From Bdellovibrionales bacterium (GTDB lineage: Bacteria; Bdellovibrionota; Bdellovibrionia; Bdellovibrionales; UBA1609): 64,000 nucleotides of DNA. The stretch spans positions 64,001 through 128,000 of the forward strand of contig CBDHDF010000011.1 of assembly GCA_965261545.1 (NCBI GenBank), in the 5' to 3' direction. The notes below the pieces were generated by a model. That model did no database searches. It was not told where the DNA came from and saw only the letters and a program-made list of their open reading frames with translations. Shown here one piece after another: positions 60,724-64,000 of this stretch; position 1 is the first letter of the stretch; every line of letters starts with the position of its first letter. Position numbers and translations under genes: made by a program.

Positions 60724-62259
60724 CCTCATGCGCCCATCGACAACCATGGTGGAACCGATGGCTGCTCCCACAGAAACTGGATCCACGGACTGTATAGAAC
60801 CACCTGGATTGAAAAAATCTCTTAAAGATAAAACCTCTCAACGCCCCTTATGTCATCAGTCGGCTTGTGAGCCCCACAGGGCTTGGATTGAAAATCAGGC
60901 TTTGAACTTAGAGCGCAATCGAATGGCCATCTACCAAGATTTAGTGGAGAAATTTGGTTTTTCTCACTCCTACGACAGCGTGAAAAAATTTGTAAGGAAG
61001 CTGAAGAAGAGTACTCCCAAACGCTATGATCGCTTGGATTTTCCCCCCGGAGAGGAAGCCCAAGTGGATTATGGCCAAGGGGCTCTGACTGTTCACCCCC
61101 GGACAGGCAAATATAGGCGGCCTCGCCTTTTTGTGATGACCCTCAAGTACTCTCGTGCCTCTTTTCGCAAGGTTGTTTGGAAGTCCAGCCAAGAGACGTG
61201 GAGCAGACTCCATGAGGAGGCTTTTCATTATTTTTTGGGCTGCCCTCAATATGTCGTCTTAGACAATCTCAAGGAAGGTGTTATTAAGCCAGATATCTAT
61301 GAGCCAACGCTGAACGCCGTTTATAGCGCTGTACTGACTCACTACGGGGTCGTTGCTGACCCGGCAAGAGTTCGTGACCCCGATAGGAAAGGAACCGTTG
61401 AGCACGCCATTCAACACACCCAGGACACAGCACTGAAGGGTCGTACATTTAAAACCATTGAGGAGCAAAATGAGTGGCTCATGCACTGGGAGCACACTTG
61501 GGCTCGCCCTCGGGTCCATGGTCGCACCAAGCGAGTCGTTTCTGAGATGTTTGAAGAAGAGAGCCCCTTTCTCAAAAAGCTCCCCCAAAAGAAATTTGAT
61601 TTTTTTAAACAAGAGATACGAACAGTTGCAGACGATGGGCTCATTCAAGTGGGAAACAGTTACTTGCGCCTACCCTTCTGATCTAAAGAGCCAAGTCATT
61701 GTGCGTATTTATGATAAAGACATAGAGATTATGGACCCTGCCACGATGAGTGTGATCCGCCGCCACCAAAAAGCCACTCTCCCGGGGAGTCTCTCTTTGC
61801 TAGACAAAGATCGTGTTTATAATCCATCTCGCCATGTAGAAAATATTTTAGCTGATGCGGGTCAGATTGGCCCTCAAACAAAAGCTTTTTGTCAGTCATT
61901 ACTCAGGGTGGATGAGAGAGTTGGAAACAGGCAGATGCGTGGGGTGGTGTCCTTGGCTAAAAAATATCACTCTGATCTTATTGAAAAAGCAGCCATTCAG
62001 GCTGTGAGCAGAGGGGTCTTATCTCTTAGGGTCTTTAAAAGGCTTGTTGAGGAACTACAGCCCCCTGTGGATGAGAAAAAGATGGAATCCCACCTCACCC
62101 AAGACCACGACATCATTCGAGCACCATCCGAGTATGCCATCTACTGGGATTTACATGCCAACAACGAAATCTACCACTCACCCTTACACCCTCAGCCTAG
62201 CACCAACCTTACTTAATCCACCCCCCCAACCCCTCTTCTAGAGGAAAGGAGCAATCACA

Positions 62260-63030
62260 ATGCCAATGTCACCTACAGAAATACAAGAGACTCTCAAAAG
62301 CCTTAAGCTTATAGGCATGTTTGAAACATTTGAGGCTCGAAGTTACCAACACACACAGAACCAACAAAACTTCCAAGAGACCTTCTCATTGCTCTTACAG
62401 GATGAAAAGGATTTCAAGAAAAGCAAAAAATGTGAGAGACTCCTCAAAGCATCCAAGCTCACGGAAGAGTCCACCCTCACCGGCTTTGATTGGAATTTTA
62501 ACCCAAAAATACCCAAGCCAATGATCTTGGAATTAATGAACTTGAAGTTCATCAAGCAGGGGGAGGGAGCCTTGCTTATTGGCTCCCCTGGAACTGGAAA
62601 AAGCCACATTGCAAAAGCTATAGCCACCAAGGTCTGTTCCATATCAAATTACAAGGTTTTGTATCAAGAAGCTCACAAGCTCTTTGAAAATCTCTTTGAG
62701 GCCAGGCAGCTGGGGCGCAGAAAGAGGTTCTACACCCAACTCATCCATGTGGACCTGTTGATCATTGATGATCTTTTTCTTAGAAAGCGCATTCCGCCAG
62801 AGGCTTGCGATGACTTCCAGGAAATCATTCTGGATCGATACTCAGCGAGAAAAAGCACTCTTATTACCTCCAATCGCATTATTGAGGACTGGGGAAAGTG
62901 TTTGGGCGATAATACCGTGGCCTCTGCCATCCTGGATCGCCTTCTCCACTGCAGCCAACTATTAAAATTTGAGGGAAAAAGCTACCGATTGAAGGAAGCT
63001 TCAAACCGACTTGTCAAGATAAAAAATTAA
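62260..63030 (+). CDS. istB: IS21 helper ATPase IstB
   Basis: FDWNFNP, GSPGTGKSH, LLIIDD, ITSN, AILDRLLH, GKSYR. Confidence 0.95.
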   Translation: MPMSPTEIQETLKSLKLIGMFETFEARSYQHTQNQQNFQETFSLLLQDEKDFKKSKKCERLLKASKLTEESTLTGFDWNFNPKIPKPMILELMNLKFIKQGEGALLIGSPGTGKSHIAKAIATKVCSISNYKVLYQEAHKLFENLFEARQLGRRKRFYTQLIHVDLLIIDDLFLRKRIPPEACDDFQEIILDRYSARKSTLITSNRIIEDWGKCLGDNTVASAILDRLLHCSQLLKFEGKSYRLKEASNRLVKIKN

Positions 63031-64000
63031 AGGTAGGGTGAGCCCATCTTGTCAGATCGCCCTAAATGGCCTGGTTTGCCCGCCCACAAATGGCCTGGTT
63101 TAACCCGCCCATCGGGGTTGTCTTCTTCGTAAGTCCTAACAAAGATACGCCCCCCTACGTTGGAGTATTTGATAGCATTTTCAATAACATTGAAGAAAAT
63201 TTCTTTTATAATGGCGGCATCTAATTCAACTAGAAAAAGAGGTTCCAATGTTTTTTCAATAATAATATTTTTTTTAGCAAGAGCATCAATTTTTTGAATA
63301 ACATTCTCAATGGTTTCATTTACATCTGTAGGCTCTTTGTTTATATGAAAATGACCTGAATCAACTTGGATAACTTTTAGAATGTTGTTAATGAAGTGGC
63401 TCATCTCACAACTCGTTGTATAAATATTTTTAATATCTTGTATGTGATGCCTTGAGATATTTTCTAATTCTAAGCGGCTACAGATAGACTGAATTTTCAC
63501 AATAGATGATTTTAAATCGTGGGTCATAAGGTCTATAAAATTAATTTTTAGGTCTTCACTTTGTGTCATGATGAAATTCAAAGCCCAATGAAAAAGAAAA
63601 TAACCGCAGAGAGTGGTTGAAGCCTAGCTTAATCTTCACTTGTAAGCCTAAGCTTGTTATCAGATGATATCCACTTGAGTCTTCCCGGAACCTCAAATCA
63701 TTCTGTCCCACTGCCATCGGCTTCATAGTCATATTTTCCTCATTTTCTGCCTTACCACCCGTGCTCATCCGAAGCCCTAGACATTTGTCTAAAAAATACG
63801 GCAGTGAAGATTATTTTAACCAGAAATAAACTGTTTTTAATTATTTTAAATGATAATAAATGAAAATTAACACACCTGCCTGCCTCATTCAAGGAAAAAA
63901 TGAAGGAAAATAACTGATTTTAAATGATTATTAATGATTTTCATATCATATTGTGGTTAAGTGAGTCATGACGACAAGGCAAAGAAGTAATTCGGCTAAA

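Larger units (their letters stand above)
58861..62216 (+). pseudogene. istA: IS21 transposase IstA, interrupted by IS4 and frameshifted
   Basis: N-terminal HTH 58861-; SACEP, PGEEAQVDYG, DNLKEGV, KGTVE in 60728-61681; C-terminus in another frame to 62216. Confidence 0.88.
58744..63117 (+). mobile_element. IS21 family element (istA-istB) carrying IS4 copy 2
   Basis: Repeated subterminal motif GGGCAAACCAGGCCATTT at both ends in inverted orientation; 4-bp duplication TTGT (58740-58743 / 63118-63121). Confidence 0.9.
58493..63581 (-). pseudogene. Sensor histidine kinase (HisKA + HATPase) split by IS21-like element; no sensor domain
   Basis: THDLKS H-box and NVIENAIKY at 63118-63581; DEGSGI/GTGLGL at 58493-58743. 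Removing the IS restores in-frame EEDN-QVLVDIIDEG. Confidence 0.9.

Noticed and set aside
63556..63768. 70-aa ORF upstream of the kinase
   Set aside because: No motif and not in frame with the kinase

Overview
Bacterial chromosome segment, probably Bdellovibrionota-like. That placement is inferred from gene order (zapA-ygfA-rny-tyrS; pcnB-tatA-rnc-era-der) and from a prepilin-like protein and an Ig-repeat/vWA lipoprotein. About 1-56 kb is mostly housekeeping: rlmN, heptose kinase, pyrD, der/era/rnc/tatA/pcnB, rny, tyrS, hemG/hemH, lnt, mutS2, lipA-E2-lpdA-lipB, sfsA, suhB, yajC-secD-secF and recJ. Accessory genes are an Rpn nuclease, Uma2, a GC-rich NCS2 permease fusion, a prepilin-like poly-Pro/Cys protein and a PmtA-like methyltransferase. 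An IS4 at 10.4-13.6 kb has an ISL3 nested in it. Downstream of tRNA-Cys (56370) lies a decayed island with a double-XRE gene, an ISL3 remnant and a histidine kinase split by an IS21-like element, which itself holds a second IS4 copy. The strongest leads are: (1) pervasive short tandem duplications that insert in-frame low-complexity segments into many essential proteins and remodel gene junctions; (2) a full-length RNase Y with four HD metal ligands substituted; (3) MutS2 lacking its Smr domain; (4) unusual IS features, namely non-TG/CA IS21 ends, a frame-split IS4 transposase start and a DnaA-box hairpin in ISL3. All calls come from motif recognition by eye; no searches were run.
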